From positions 248,930,001-248,994,000 of the forward strand of contig OZ024742.1 of NCBI GenBank assembly GCA_964016885.1: a DNA stretch of 64,000 nucleotides, written 5' to 3'. Under the pieces are notes generated by a model. That model was not told the DNA's origin. It was given only the letters and a program-made list of their open reading frames with translations, and ran no database searches. Made by a program: the position numbers and the translations under genes. Source of the stretch: Eledone cirrhosa. Taxonomy: Eukaryota. Positions 14,106 to 28,176 of the stretch are shown here, in pieces. How positions within the stretch are numbered: the stretch's first letter is position 1; each line of letters opens with the position of its first letter.

Positions 14106-14148
14106 ACGATGAACTAGTTTCAAGCTTATTAGCTATCGTCAGCATCGT
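14106..14148 (-). ncRNA. Minimal type I hammerhead ribozyme, family 4 (tandem copy 2)
   Basis: Minus strand ACGATG-CTGACGA-TAGCT(AATA)AGCTT-GAAA-CTAG-TT^CATCGT. Perfect 6-bp stem I; ACTAGT palindromic stem III. Confidence 0.9.
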
Positions 14149-14721
14149 ATACCTTCCTGTCAGATGATTGAACGTTTGAAAGTATATACTTTCCTTATGC
14201 ATATTAACGGCTGAGCAGCCTAATTTGCATACTGTACGTCTATATACATACATGCACACGATATAAATACACATATAGCATAAATAAATATATATATATA
14301 TATATATTCATACATGCATACATACATACATACATATATACATACATACATACAGGCTGCCCCCTCGTTATCGAGTATGGCCATTGCACGATATACCATT
14401 AATTTATAATTATTAATTAATCTTGCAATGCCTGTGCGTGAAGATTTTTTTAAAGTGAGCGACAGTAGATATAACCCGAAAAGAAGAAAATATCAACATC
14501 ATCGGTAACTACTGAGCCGCAGGTTTTATGTCGGGGAATCCTAGATTCCTGAGTTGCCTTCTCCTAGAAGAATGCCCTGACAAATGTTAGGGGTCCTTCA
14601 CTCCTGTGGCTGAACCGCGTGATCGGGTATCCCGTCCGACTATTTCTATGTCCTCGCGCTACATACATACATACATACATACATACATACATACATACAT
14701 ACATACATAGACACATACCTC

Positions 14722-15570
14722 AATTTCATGGCTTGGCGTCGCAAACGATGATTATGAAGGGCAAGGTTCACGTTGACTGCAAGCATGATTGTGGCTGTTC
14801 AGGCTAATGCAGTGACTGACAAGCACGGCCTCATTGGTTGCTGCTGAATGTTGTGTCAGAATTTAATGACTTGGTGTTGTGGTTATTCCGCCTGTGCCTT
14901 CTGTTCTTGAGGGTGGCTGTGGGGGTGTTTTCAGAGGATTAAACAGCATGGTTGAGGGTGAGACTGCAAGCGTGATGGTTCTCAGCAAGGTTGATCATCA
15001 GTGATTGTCGATGTGACAAACACCAAGGAATTTTTTCAAACAATCCTTGTATCGCTTCCTTGATTCCCCCTGTCATGATGGCCAGTGGAATGTTCGCCGC
15101 AAAATGTGATCCTGTTGTGCTGACGATCCTGGAGACATGCCTGCTCAGCGTAGTCGATTCTTCAGCAGCTCTGGTGACCTCTACTCGTTCAAGGACTTCA
15201 ACACTGATGACGACGTCTCTCCAGTGGATGTTGAAGATGGTGCGCAGTCTGTGCTGTTGGAAGTGCTTGAGGAGTCAAAGGTTATGCCCATAAGTGATTT
15301 ATAAGTCGGAGCCATATAGGAGGGCGGTAAGGACTATGACTCTGTACACTCTGATCTTGGTTCCCTTCTTCGGCTGTTTATTGCTACACACATGTTTGTA
15401 CAATTTGCCAAATGAACTGCTCGCATTTGCCAGCCTGTTGCTGATTTCCCTGTCGATTTTGGCATTTGACGTTATGGTGCACCTCAGGTAGGTGAACTAA
15501 TGGACTGGTTTCAATTCAGTCTCACCAATGGTGATGTGAGTAGGGCGATACTCTTACTGAGGTACAGGAT
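14722..15570 (-). mobile_element. RTE (BovB-like) LINE 3' fragment
   Basis: Minus strand FTYLRCTITSNAKIDREISNRLANASSSFGKL...TKIRVYRVIVLTALLYGS...IFNIHWRD; 3' end ...GCGACGCCAAGCCATGAA. Confidence 0.88.
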
Positions 15571-15905
15571 AATCGAGTATTTCATTCTCCTTTACTATTA
15601 CTTCCAACCGCGTAGCGGGATGTAATGAGTTTCTCTGTGTGGGCAAAAAGAGATAGGGAGATTGAGGAATATCCCCGCAAATGTAACACTGAATGTTATT
15701 GGTGAGTTCGGGATTATTACTAAGATAATAGAAGGATTCCTGAATTACAAGAAATGTAGCGTTGGTCCAAAAGTCGGCCTTACTGTGTACAGCAAGAATC
15801 ATCGGAATGTAATTTGAGCTCTAATTAAGCTAGTTCTGACCCGAACAAAAATTCCAATATATTTGTGCGAAACAACAGAAGCAACAACAACAACAACAAC
15901 AGCAA

Positions 15906-16295
15906 TAATTGTTTCTACGTTAGGCACAAGGCCAGCAATTACCCAGTGCATTACTGGTACTTTATTTTATCGACCCCGTAAGGATGAAAGGCAAAGTTAA
16001 CCTCGGCGGGATTTGAACTCAGAATGGCAAGGGCCGTAACTCTATACGTCAAAGCATGGCGTCCGACCCTCTCCCAGCAATAATAATGGTTTATTATATA
16101 GGCACAAGGCAGGCAATTTGGGAGGAGGGGAAAGTCGATTAAATCGACCCGAGTGCGTGACTGGTACTTTATTTTATCGATCCCATAAGGATGAAAGGCT
16201 AAGTTAACCTCGGTGGCATTTGAACTTTTAACGTACAGGGACATGACTATATGCCGCAAAAATGGTACCCGACGCTCTACCGATACTACCAATTC
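15906..16295 (-). mobile_element. Two tandem SINE family A copies
   Basis: Two CTGGTACTTTATTTTATCGA...AAGGATGAAAGGC blocks. Confidence 0.87.
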
Positions 16296-16299
16296 ACGA

Positions 16300-16995
16300 A
16301 GAAAGTGTGCAGGAAGAAAAACCGCCGAACAAAGTCTCAGCTCCTCATTGATAGCATTATGCTTAAAGATTGTAAGAGGCGCCACACGAATTTGGGAATG
16401 GCGTGGATCGATTATAAAAAGACATATGATACGTTCCTCCATTCCTGGGTCATAGAAATTTTAGAAATGACATATGTTTCAGACAGCATAATGAATTTTA
16501 TTAAATGATGTAGACAGAATATACGTAACAAGGAACAAATGAGAAAGCGGATTAATAAGATGTGAGGAATCTGCGAGGATGAAGCAGAATAACCTTACTT
16601 GGTATATCAGGAATTTGGAAAAATTACAGTTAAAAACGTTAAAAAGAAGTGGTGTCATTCATACTGAAAAGGCTAAGTTTAAGAATGACTATAAACGGGA
16701 AAAGTTAACTGAAAAGGTGGCAAAATGGAAAGGAAATATAAGGTACCAACAGTGATAGATGCTCTTGGTTATGTGATGAAGAACTTAGAAAAAATGATAG
16801 AAAAACATGGGATCCAGACAAAGGAAGAATTCCTCCAGAAAACGACACTCTAGGCTCAACTCAAATTTTAAGAAGATTGATGGGAACATAAAACCTAGGA
16901 GAAAGTAAACAAGAGCTCCTAGGTAATTTGTTATGGCCTTTCGTTTTGGTTTAGTAATGCGGCAAAAGTGGAGCCTGAGAAAGAAGAATTAATAA
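16300..16995 (+). mobile_element. Internally deleted R4/Dong-type LINE remnant
   Basis: TKSQLLID...[23 protein letters not shown], then C-terminal VPTVIDALG...FLQKTTL; ends at TAATAA. Confidence 0.85.
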
Positions 16996-17464
16996 TAAGG
17001 ATAATGATCATGAATTATTGACAATATTATATAAATGTTTTCAAATTTTCAATTGGGTAATCGTGAATAATTTAACTTCACTTAGAATTGACTTAATTAG
17101 AGATGTCAAAATAAATTAAAAGTGTCACAAATAATTAAGGATGCCATAGTTAATTAAGGATATCGTAGATAATTAGTGACGATACTCAGACAATATATTT
17201 TATATCAATCTTTCGCAAAATTTATAGCTTTTAATGTAAAATTTTCTTCAGAGAAAACCTGTTTGGCATTGATGACGTCATTTCGTTTCATTTAAAGCAT
17301 GGATTATAACAAAATTATTTCCCTTCCTTGTTTTTTTTTTAATTTCCTGATGAGCTTTGTTTCAGCAGATCTATGATCGAAATGAATTCCAGACGTAACT
17401 AGTTTGCATATTCTAGTTTGTGTATTTAGGACTACATTGAAGTGTGCATCTATTTCTTGTTATG

Positions 17465-18060
17465 AAGGGCGGTGGATTGGCAGTATCGATAGAGAGTCGG
17501 GGGCCATGCTTTGCGGCATACAGTTAAGGCCCATTATGGTCTGAGTTCAAATCCCGCCGAGGTTAACTTTGCCTTTCATCCGTACGGGTCCATAAAATAA
17601 AATACCAGTAATACACTGGGATTATTGCTAGCCTCGTGCCTATATAAGAAATCATTATTTGATGCAGTGGATGAAGGGCGGTGGATTGACAGTATCGGTA
17701 GAGAGTCGGAGGCCATGCATTGCAGCATCGAGTTACAGCCCTTTATGGTCTTAGTTCAAATTCCGCCGAGGTTAACTTTGCTTTTCATCCTTACGGGGTC
17801 AATAAAATAAAGTTTTATAAAGGATTTGAACTCAGAACGTAAAGGGCCGTAACTCTATACTGCAAAGCTTAGTGCCTTACATTTGCCAAAACGGTGTTTC
17901 TATAACAACAATACTATTAATAGTAATTGTTTCTACTTTAGGCACAAGGCCAGTAGTTTGAAGGGAAAGTGGATTAAATCGACCCCAGTGACTTACTGGT
18001 GATTTATTTTATCGACCCGTAAGGATGAAAGGCAAAGTTAACCACGGCGTGATTTGAATT
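17465..18060. mobile_element. Cluster of SINE family A copies in both orientations just upstream of exon A
   Basis: 17465-17660 and 17673-17812 (+); 17820-17870 and 17925-18060 (-). Confidence 0.85.
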
Positions 18061-18132
18061 TATAATAATAATAATAATAATAATAATGATAATAACGGTG
18101 GAAATATTTCCTTTTCTTCTGTATTATTTCAG

Positions 18133-18224
18133 CAGTTCGACTTGATTGTTGGGGCGGCTGGGAAGAAGAAGACTATATCTTCCTAGTGGCGGCACCTGCC
18201 GGCCAGAAACCACAGTATTGTATG
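18133..18224 (+). CDS. Exon A (first found) of a cysteine-rich ShKT-domain protein gene: xVRLDCWGGWEEEDYIFLVAAPAGQKPQYCM
   Basis: Polypyrimidine tract plus TTTCAG acceptor and ATG|GTAAGT donor. 92 nt, phase 1->0, open frame. Joins in frame to exon 32574. Confidence 0.85.
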
Positions 18225-18844
18225 GTAAGTTAATGTTTAAAATTATATTTGACTTCTTCAGATGCTGTTAAACATGTTTAGTGTTAAAACTTGGTTCCTC
18301 CTTGGGATGGCATTTTTTCTGTGAAATTGTTTAATTATTTTATCCCATTGCTGTTAACACTTTGATGCCACCACAGTAATCTCCACTCTTATTGACTTAA
18401 CAAGAGGCTAATCTGTCTGGTGTTCAAGCCGTTTAAAAAAATGATTATATTCTCGGCTCTATAACATGACATACACGCAGTAACAGAATAGGTAACCATC
18501 GTCAACAGTACTAGATATATTCCACTTAGTGAGCAATTAGACGTGTGTGTGACACACAACCCTCCACCCAAATTCTAGATCTTTCCACTTTACCTTTGTT
18601 CAGAAAAAAAAGAATTGATGTAACGCGCGTAAATAAACAAAATGTATAAGGAAATAATAAACATACTACACGCACTAATAATCCCAATCCTGTATATGCA
18701 CATACATACACATGGTCTTAATTCTGTCATATGGCGTATTCACTAAATCTATAGAGCGTTGATTTTAAACACACCCAACACATTCTCTGAGAACAAAACA
18801 GCTTTACGTTGGACATATTTTTGTTATTGTATTGTCACACAACC

Positions 18845-19020
18845 ATTGGCCACAAACCCGGGCTGCACTGCCTGCAATGAGAAGGAGAGGTAGATACACA
18901 AATACCGGGACGTGACCGACTGTTTCCTATTTGCACCGGTCTCTGTCGAGACCTCTACCGTCATTGATAAACGCATTGCTGATTTCCTACCTAAAGTCGG
19001 AACGACGGCCGCCCGCTTGA
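18845..19020 (+). mobile_element. CRE-like LINE RLE C-terminal fragment
   Basis: PGCTACNEKER*IHKYRDVTDCFLFAPVSVETS...ADFLPKVG resembles the E..K..KY...F.P.AVET motif. Confidence 0.55.
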
Positions 19021-19021
19021 G

Positions 19022-19761
19022 AAGTGCTTGAATCCCATTGGTGAAGAAGCTTTCATCTTTGGTGAAAAACGTCAACAGCAGATATGACGTCATCATCCCT
19101 GCGATGCTGGTTCCCAACCATATTTCAAGTTGGGAACATATGATAGCCAAATGGGAACAAATCAGGAGAATAGGGGGAATAATCAATCAGTTCAAAGTCA
19201 CAAACGCGCACTCTAGCCATTAAAACCAAGGACTTGTGTTTTGGAGCATTGTCCCGATGAAACTAGACCCCTTTCGTCAGTTTTCCTGGGCGTTTGGTGT
19301 TCATAGCCTTTCATAACTGTTTCAGCAAATTGGCATAGTACTCTCCATTGCTGGTGTGTCCCTTTTGAAGATACTCAATAGTTTGCATCCCAAAATACTG
19401 AGGCCACTGCAGATGAAACTAACTCTCCCATTTTCCCTATATTCAGCTGCCTACATTTGCACAGTTGTTAAAGCTGGAACGTCATCCCCTAATGGAACAA
19501 CCCTATCAACATAAATATCGTTTGGTTTAAACATTTTTTCTGTAGGTTTTTGATAACACCACGATGTCAATTTTTGTTCATTTTCAAGAAAGATCGTTAC
19601 TTGTTACATTTGATATCTTCTTTGAACAGTCAGTCTTCAGTCTACCTGGAAATAAACCATACTGTTCTTAATAAAAAGTGATGAAATTTATGCATGCTAG
19701 ATGTCCCAATTCTAATATCACTCTTTCATAGCCAGCCTATAAACTTTTCAGCCAACCCTCG
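19022..19761 (-). mobile_element. Deleted copy of the same mariner family
   Basis: TIR ...AACTTTTCAGCCAACCCTCG|TA at 19742-19763. The interior is the reverse complement of parts of 59440-60570. Confidence 0.88.
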
Positions 19762-19949
19762 TACATACATACATTTGCACCAAGAAAGTTCCCCTTTGAG
19801 GCACAAGTCTGGTCATACCATTCTCCCCTCTCGTTTTTGTTCTGGAGCAGCGTGAAATAAAGTGTCATGCTAAACTGTCATGCACAACACAATGACTGAT
19901 CCGTGAATCGAACTCACAACCTCAAGATAGTAAATCCAATTAAGACATT

Positions 19950-19982
<33 letters not shown>

Positions 19983-20037
19983 GAACGAGTAGGACCCCGA
20001 CGGCTGAGCTCAAGCCGTTTCGACGGCTAATTCTGGA

Positions 20038-20072
<35 letters not shown>

Positions 20073-20092
20073 GTATAGGATTATCTGATTTC

Positions 20093-20204
20093 TGCTCTGA
20101 GGAAACAGTGGTCACAGCATTGGATATTCGAGTTCTGCAAATACTTGTGAATTTGCACGTAGCGGAACTAGGCTGCAGTACCACCGTGGAAACACTTGTA
20201 AGCA
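20093..20204 (+). ncRNA. Type I hammerhead ribozyme with a long structured stem II, family 6
   Basis: TGCT-CTGAGGA-[~85 nt: ACAGTGGT/ACCACCGT, CAGC/GCTG, AGTTCTGC/GCGGAACT]-GAAA-CACTTG-TA^AGCA; the cassette is flanked by (TA)n. Confidence 0.75.
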
Positions 20205-20251
20205 CACGGAATAAACTACCTTTTTATGATGTCTACCTGTTATTATTCATT

Positions 20252-20383
<132 letters not shown>

Positions 20384-20792
20384 TCTGATTGACGTATGTT
20401 AATGTGTGTGGTCTCTTCTCATCCATTCTATTTCTTCCTTACTATCATTTCTTCGAGTCAACTCACATCGAACCGCTCGTTCCTGTCTTTCGAGGTAATG
20501 TTTTAGCCAACGCCGCTTCGACGGCATTTTGCTGTTTTAACAGATTCCTTACGCCGAGTTTTTCTATTCTCCTACGAATTCTAATACACTTGCGTTTCAA
20601 AACTCGATATTCGAGTTCATATTGTTTATGTGTATATATATATATAGTAATAATAATAAATTTGAAGACTAAAATCCAAAGAGGGCTCGATAAGGATAAA
20701 TATATATCAAATATATAAGAACCGTAGAGCAAATATTTATTAAAATAATAGATTAAAGTTTAAGCAAAGAATCGCTGCTTTCACCCTTAACG

Positions 20793-20841
20793 GTTTCAGA
20801 AGATCCCGTTAAGGGTGAAAGCAGCGATTCTTTGCTTAAAC
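20793..20841 (+). ncRNA. Hammerhead-like motif, family 3 (CAGAAGA core variant)
   Basis: GTTT-CAGAAGA-TCCC(GTTAA)GGGT-GAAA-GCA(GCGATTCTT)TGC-TT^AAAC, abutting an inverted truncated copy. Confidence 0.7.
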
Positions 20842-20853
20842 GTTAATCTATTA

Positions 20854-20938
<85 letters not shown>

Positions 20939-21131
20939 TAGACCACCGTTGACGTGTTGGGACACGTTCACTTCAAAATATTTTTGATAAGTTATGTTTA
21001 TTATAAATGATTAAAATATACACAGACATGTATATAATATGAAATGAAACTGGAAGGCCCATATATATATACGTGTGTGTATGCATATATATAAATGTGT
21101 GTTTGTATACATATATATATGTATGTGTATG

Positions 21132-21187
<56 letters not shown>

Positions 21188-21230
21188 GGTGTCTGCGATG
21201 TATATGCACTGGTCATAGGCACACACACAT

Positions 21231-21278
<48 letters not shown>

Positions 21279-21337
21279 TCACATATATATATATATATAT
21301 ATACAAAACATCGCCATCTCCTCTCCCTCTTTCTATG

Positions 21338-21403
<66 letters not shown>

Positions 21404-21900
21404 CTTATGAGGGTACCCGGAAAAACCCCATATCTCGGGAAGCCGATATCCGATTTATGCGAAACTTGTTTTATTCCTTTGTATTCCCATCTCAGGGTCA
21501 ACTCCCTTGCAAAGTATTTTCCCATCATGCACCCTTTTGGTGGTATTACATTACAGACAAGCAAGCATGCAAGCAATCACGGATTTTTAATAATATATTG
21601 GTCTCGGCAAAAATATTATATTAATTCTAAAAGAATCCTACTTCTATAAATCTCGGCAAAAAAGAAGGGATATGCAGTCTTGATAACCAGTAACGCGCGA
21701 GTAATGGCCGTCGGTTGCTTCCCTTTGTTCTGCCTAGACGAAGCAAGTGACATAGTCACTACTTTAAAACTCATAGCGAATGGTCTTCAAAATGTTTGTT
21801 TTAAATAAACATAGAGTATATTATCAAATATACTATACATACATTTATATATACATCGCTATTTCAGAGCACCAACACTAACACACACATATATATATAT

Positions 21901-21973
<73 letters not shown>

Positions 21974-22042
21974 CAGATAGATAGATATACACACACACAT
22001 ATATGTATATATATATATATATATACACGCCCACACACACAT

Positions 22043-22086
<44 letters not shown>

Positions 22087-22468
22087 CTACATATATAAAA
22101 TATATTGTCATCTTAATTACTGATTGTATTCTTTTTAATGGATGTATAATTAACTGTTCTTTGTTTATCTGAGTGTATAACGAGATATATTTGTATGTTG
22201 TTGTAGTTGTTGTAGTTGTTGGCTCTCCTGTGTCTGATTCATGTTTAGCATAATGGTGGGTATGTGAAGGAAGTTCTCTTAATTTTGTTATTGCTGTCGT
22301 TTTTGTAATGGTGACGTTGTTATTGCTCTGATTGTATTGTTGTTTCTTTTTAATTGCTTCGTTGTTGTTGATGATTTTATTGTTTATAGTTTTAATTCTA
22401 ATTGAATCCGATATTTCATTTTCTTCAAAATAATGATAATAAAAATATTCATAGCCAATTTCATTATC

Positions 22469-22515
<47 letters not shown>

Positions 22516-24067
22516 GATATCAGTATAGTTATTCTTTTTTTCTTATTAGTTAGTCTCTTCTTATTTTCATGCTGTTTCACTTACTTCTGTTTCTGTAAGG
22601 CGTCTAATTGTTTTGTTGTTGTTGTTGTTGTTGTTCTTCTTCTTCTTCTTCTTCTTCTTCTTCTTCTTCTTCTTCTTCTTCTTCTTCTTCTTCTTCTTCT
22701 TCTTCTTCTTCTTCTTCTTCTTCTTCTTCTTCTTCTTCTTCTTCTTCTTCTTCTTCGTGGTGGTGCTGGTGGTGGTGCTGGTGGTGGTAGTGGTGGTGGT
22801 GGTGGTGGTGGTGGTGGTGGTGGTTTTGGTGGTTTTGGTGGTGTTGGTGGCGTTGGAGGCGGAGGTGGTGGTGCTAATGGTGACAGAAGAGGTGGTGGTG
22901 GTGGTGTTGGTGGTGGTGTTGGTGGTGGTGGTGGTGGTGGTGGCGGCGGCAGCGGCGGCGGCGGTGCTTGGTGGCGGAGGTGGTAGCGGTGGGCGTGGTG
23001 GTGGTTTTGGTGGTGGTGGTGGTGGTGGTGGTGTTTATGGTTTTGAGGATGATGACGATGATGTCGGTGTTGATAGTGAATATGGTGCCTGTTCTGGTGT
23101 TGATGGTGCTATCATCAACCCAGTTCCTCAATAATAACATATACGTTAGACCAACGATCGTAGGTGTTTTAATCAATGTGAACATGCCATCTTTTTTATA
23201 CAACCTCCAGGTTTTCTTGGGAGAGAGGAAGTAAAGGGCGAAGCGCATGGCTCCCTTCTAAGACATTTACATTTTGGGGGATAACTGGAAGTCAAATAGA
23301 ATTATACATACATACATGCATACATACATGTATACATACATGCATACATACATGCATATATGCATACATGCGTACTTGCATAGGTGCGACAAGTTACTAA
23401 CATCCCACTTGGAAAGATACCTCATTGTAATCTAGGAACAAGAAATACCCACCAAGTACCTACTGCACGAACTGAAAGGCGATCAGTTGACATAAATTGT
23501 GGTTTGCCACATTATTGATAACTGGTAAATAATGTCTTCTCCCACCGAGGTTAACTTTGTCTTTCATCCTTACCGGTAATTGCTTACTGGGTAATTGCTG
23601 GCCTTGTGCCAAAAAGTAGAAACAATTATTACCTCCCCAAGAAGCATGATGTGATAGTTAAAACAATCTGAAATGTCATGGCTAAAAGAAATATTGGTAG
23701 AACCCAAAAATAAAAAACCGTTATGAAATTTAAGCACCACTGGCGTCATTTTCTTGTTTGGGACTACATATTGAAAACCAGATCTGTTGTAGAAGCCGGC
23801 AACCCACCTGATGACAATGAAATCAGAAAAATTGCATGGGAATGATCATTGATGAGGAATTGGCAGATCCAGTATCCAAGATACCCCATTTGGTTACCAT
23901 ACAGAGAGATGGGGAGGGCGAGAGAAATGGAGGCGATGAGAGTGGGAGTTCGGCTCTTCCACGTTCGGGTCATATCCTTGTGGTTGTGTTTATTATCTAT
24001 ATAGAAAATTATAGATGATAATTATGTTCCTCACACATCCATGAATTATTATTGGATACAGTAGTAA

Positions 24068-24230
24068 AGGGCGGTGAATTGGCAGTATCAGTAGAGGGTC
24101 GGACGCCATGCTTTCCAGCATAGTTACGTCCCTTTACGATCTGAGTTCAAATCCCGCCGAGGTTGACTTTGCCTTTCATCCTTACGGGGTCGATAAAATA
24201 TCGTACCAGTAAAGTAGAAACAATTATTGG
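24068..24230 (+). mobile_element. SINE family A copy with apparent TSD
   Basis: Head and body consensus; TTATTGGATACAGTAGTAA occurs on both sides (~24049 and ~24224). Confidence 0.85.
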
Positions 24231-24531
24231 ATACAGTAGTAACTGGGAGTAAACAGAAGGTCATGTGAAAACGACGTTGCGCTAAATTTATATTTGACCA
24301 AAATATAACTACACTTGGTTTTGTGGAGAAGGAACGTTGCCCCTTAATTCATAAATGACATATAGCTGCGATATCTAGAATCTTCAATATCTGTAATTTT
24401 TTCTAATAATTCAAAGGATGAATGCTTACACAAGTGACGACGGCAATTTCCTTTTCTTTACAACATTGCCATCGGGAAGTTGGCCGGTTTAAAAGAAAGA
24501 CAAAATTGAAAAAAAAGAGAGAATACATACA

Positions 24532-24616
<85 letters not shown>

Positions 24617-24642
24617 ACGTGTGTGTATGTGTGTATAAGTGA

Positions 24643-24698
<56 letters not shown>

Positions 24699-24823
24699 GT
24701 GTGTGTGTGCGTGCGTACGTGAGTTGGTTACACATTTGCAAAGAGAGTAAATCAGAAACATATATAAAAAGTAATTGAGAGGCATACACACACATACATA
24801 TTTATACACATATATATATATAC

Positions 24824-24871
<48 letters not shown>

Positions 24872-24998
24872 GTATATATATATATATATATAAATATATA
24901 TTTATACATATATATACATATATCTGCATATATATATATATATAATATATATTATGAAATACTGTTGCGTTCTTGCTCACATTAATTTCTCTATTTTC

Positions 24999-25085
<87 letters not shown>

Positions 25086-25472
25086 AGAGAGATATCGAGA
25101 TCGTGTGTTAGATAGATACAGAGAACAATCGGAGTGATATATATAGATAAAGTTGGAGGTAGATCAAAGAAGGAATGTAAAGAAGGAGATAGAGGGAAGA
25201 GAGAAAACGCGAGACTGAAGTTCAGTAAAAAAAAATTGCAAAGCATGCCGGGATGGGCAAACACGTGCCAAGAAGAAAATTAATTAGAGTTTAACCAATG
25301 AGATGTGTTTGTCAATGTTTTGCCGGCAGACGACCATCATAAGTAATGGCTGACAGTGAAATGATAGGCTGTCCACCATTTTACTCTTAAACTTAATTAT
25401 ATAAACACAGACCAACGTTGGTTTCACTCAATTTATTCCTAACCATTTTCATTGTTTGATCATCCCTCAACA

Positions 25473-25507
<35 letters not shown>

Positions 25508-25600
25508 GCCTCTCTCTCTCTCTTTCTCTCTCTCTCTTTGTAGATTTGTATGTATGTATGTGTGTATATATATATATATATGTATAAATATATATATATA

Positions 25601-25670
<70 letters not shown>

Positions 25671-25833
25671 TATATACACATATATATATATATATATACA
25701 TATATGCATATACATATATATATATATATATATTCTTATATTTCTCTCTCGTTCCCTCCGAATGTTCTACATTCGCTTTTGATTCATCGTCTCTTTCTAC
25801 CATCTTACTTTCCTTCTTCAACACAGCCTTTTC

Positions 25834-25869
<36 letters not shown>

Positions 25870-26015
25870 TATTTATTTATTTATTTATTCCTTTATTTCT
25901 TTCTATCATTCTGCGTCATACGTTAGTGAGGTGCCCCCTTAGTCTCGGGCTGTCCAATGCATTGTGATTGGGATTTGGTAGACGGAATCTCTATGGCAAC
26001 CCGTCATATATATAT

Positions 26016-28176
26016 ACTAAAAGCGTGAGATATCGTCAGACACTTAAGATGGCGAGCCCTAGCTTTTGACGGCAAAATTACAGGCACCAGTAACACCTTC
26101 AAACTGAAATCGACAGCCTACCCTCCTAAGGTAACTGAACTCGCTCCTTTCGAAGTGGACCTTCTTGACTTAGTCGCTAACATTTCATTTCGCAAACACT
26201 CCAACACCTTCCAAACTAAACTTAGAAATGATATTAAGAAATTTAGGTCTTCTAATAACACTTTCGTTCTTTCTGACAAAACTAATAATATTTACGAAGT
26301 CGACAACACTACTTACAGCCACTTGGCACGTAACGCCATAGCCTCTAATTATAAGAAGGCTAACCCTATGGCCTACCACGACATCAATACAGAAGCCAAA
26401 GAATTTGCTGCCGCTCCTGAAAGTAGATAAGAAACTACAATGCTTAGCTAAACGTGAGGCGTTTCTATTCCTGAAGGATCACAAGGTTGACTTTGCTTCT
26501 AATCGCACGTATAGACTACTAAACCCGGCACGCACGGTAAGGGACTAGTCATAAAAACATAGTTAAGACCATTAGGATCAAGTCCAACCTGTCCAGTGGG
26601 AGAACAGCGACTCCGTCATTAAGTGGTTAAACTCATTGAACTCCTTGAACTCCAAAAAAGCGAAGTTCACGCAATTCGACATGTTAGATTTTTACCCGTT
26701 TATCTCAGAGACCCTGTTAAATAAAGCTACCACTTACACTACCGTCCATGTTTTAGACAGGGAGATCATCGCACACTGCCGGAAAACCTTCTCTTCAACA
26801 ACAGAGTATCCTGAGCAAAGAAGTCAACCACTTCAGAACTATTCGACGTCTCCATGGGCTCGTTCGACAGTGCTGACGTATGCGTTTTTGTTGGCTTATT
26901 TATTTTTTGGGTAGCTACTGTTATCCTAAGTCCTAACTCATTATTTACTTTTAATGAGTTAGGACTTAGGATAACAGTAGCAACCAACCTCTCCAGCGTA
27001 GATTTTTTAGACATTAATTTAGACCTTCGCACACATACCTTCGGACCCTTCCATAAAGTAAACGAAAAACTTCATTACATACACAAGAACTTATGCCAGC
27101 CCCTACTGTTTTTAGAAACTTCGTAAATAATATCAGTACTAGAATCTCTAATCTCTCCTCTAGTAAGGCAATATTTGACAGAGCGGCCCCCTACTATAAC
27201 ACGGCGTTAGCTAACAGCGGCTTCTCGCAACCAATTACTTACTCCCCCACTAATACCAACAGCAGTAAGAAAAGAAATGGTAACAATAGACAAACTATCT
27301 GGTTCTCTCCTCCCTTCTCACTCAACGTTAAAATTAATGCAGAAAAAAATGTTAGTCCTCTTAGATAGACACTTTCCCATAGGTCACAGATACCGCTCAA
27401 GCTTTAACAGACATAGAGTAAAAGTAGGTTACTCATGCGCTAAGAATATAAAGACCCACATCACCAACAGTCCTAAGAGCGGCACCCCACCAGGATGCTC
27501 TTGCTGAAAGCCTGAAGCTTGTCCTCTTCAACATCAATGCAACACACCTGCTGTAGTTTATGAAGCTGTGGTCACTTCCAACCGACCAATCAACCACAGA
27601 AGGTCAAATCCTATATGGATGTGGCGCAGGGCCGATTTAAGGAATGCTTCCTGAACCATCAGTCGACCTTTAGGTACCCGGACAAACGATCATCCACAGA
27701 ACTCGAGAGCCACGTATGGTCCCTCAAAAACTCAGGTATAGACTACACCATTCAATGGAAAGCTATCACTAAGTCCAAGCCATACGCAAGGGGCAATCCA
27801 TCTTGTGGACTGTGTATTGAAGAAAGGATGAATATTCCAAGGAGATTACGTAATAGCGATTAACTAAATTCAAGTAATAAAATCTTCTCACGTTGTCCAC
27901 ATGTCTGGAAATACCTCTTGCAAAGCTCCGGATTGAATAACAACAACATTCTAATTTTCTAATCAACTCGAACATTTTATTCCGGACATTCGCAGTTATC
28001 TCCCTTAGACCTTTCGCCCGTGGTTTTGTATCGCTTGGGTAAAGTGACTGTTTCTGCGCATGCGCATTCATACGGTTGTTCTTCCTGTTCCATATAACCA
28101 TTACCAGTCCGAGCTGAAGATCCGCTTAAGGCGAAACAATTGTTCTCGGTATGGTGAACCAACTGTTGTGTTACTA

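Noticed and set aside
17347-17392. CTGATGA...GAAA possible hammerhead
   Set aside because: No stem I or stem II complementarity; it is part of a different dispersed repeat also seen near 7330 and 57340.
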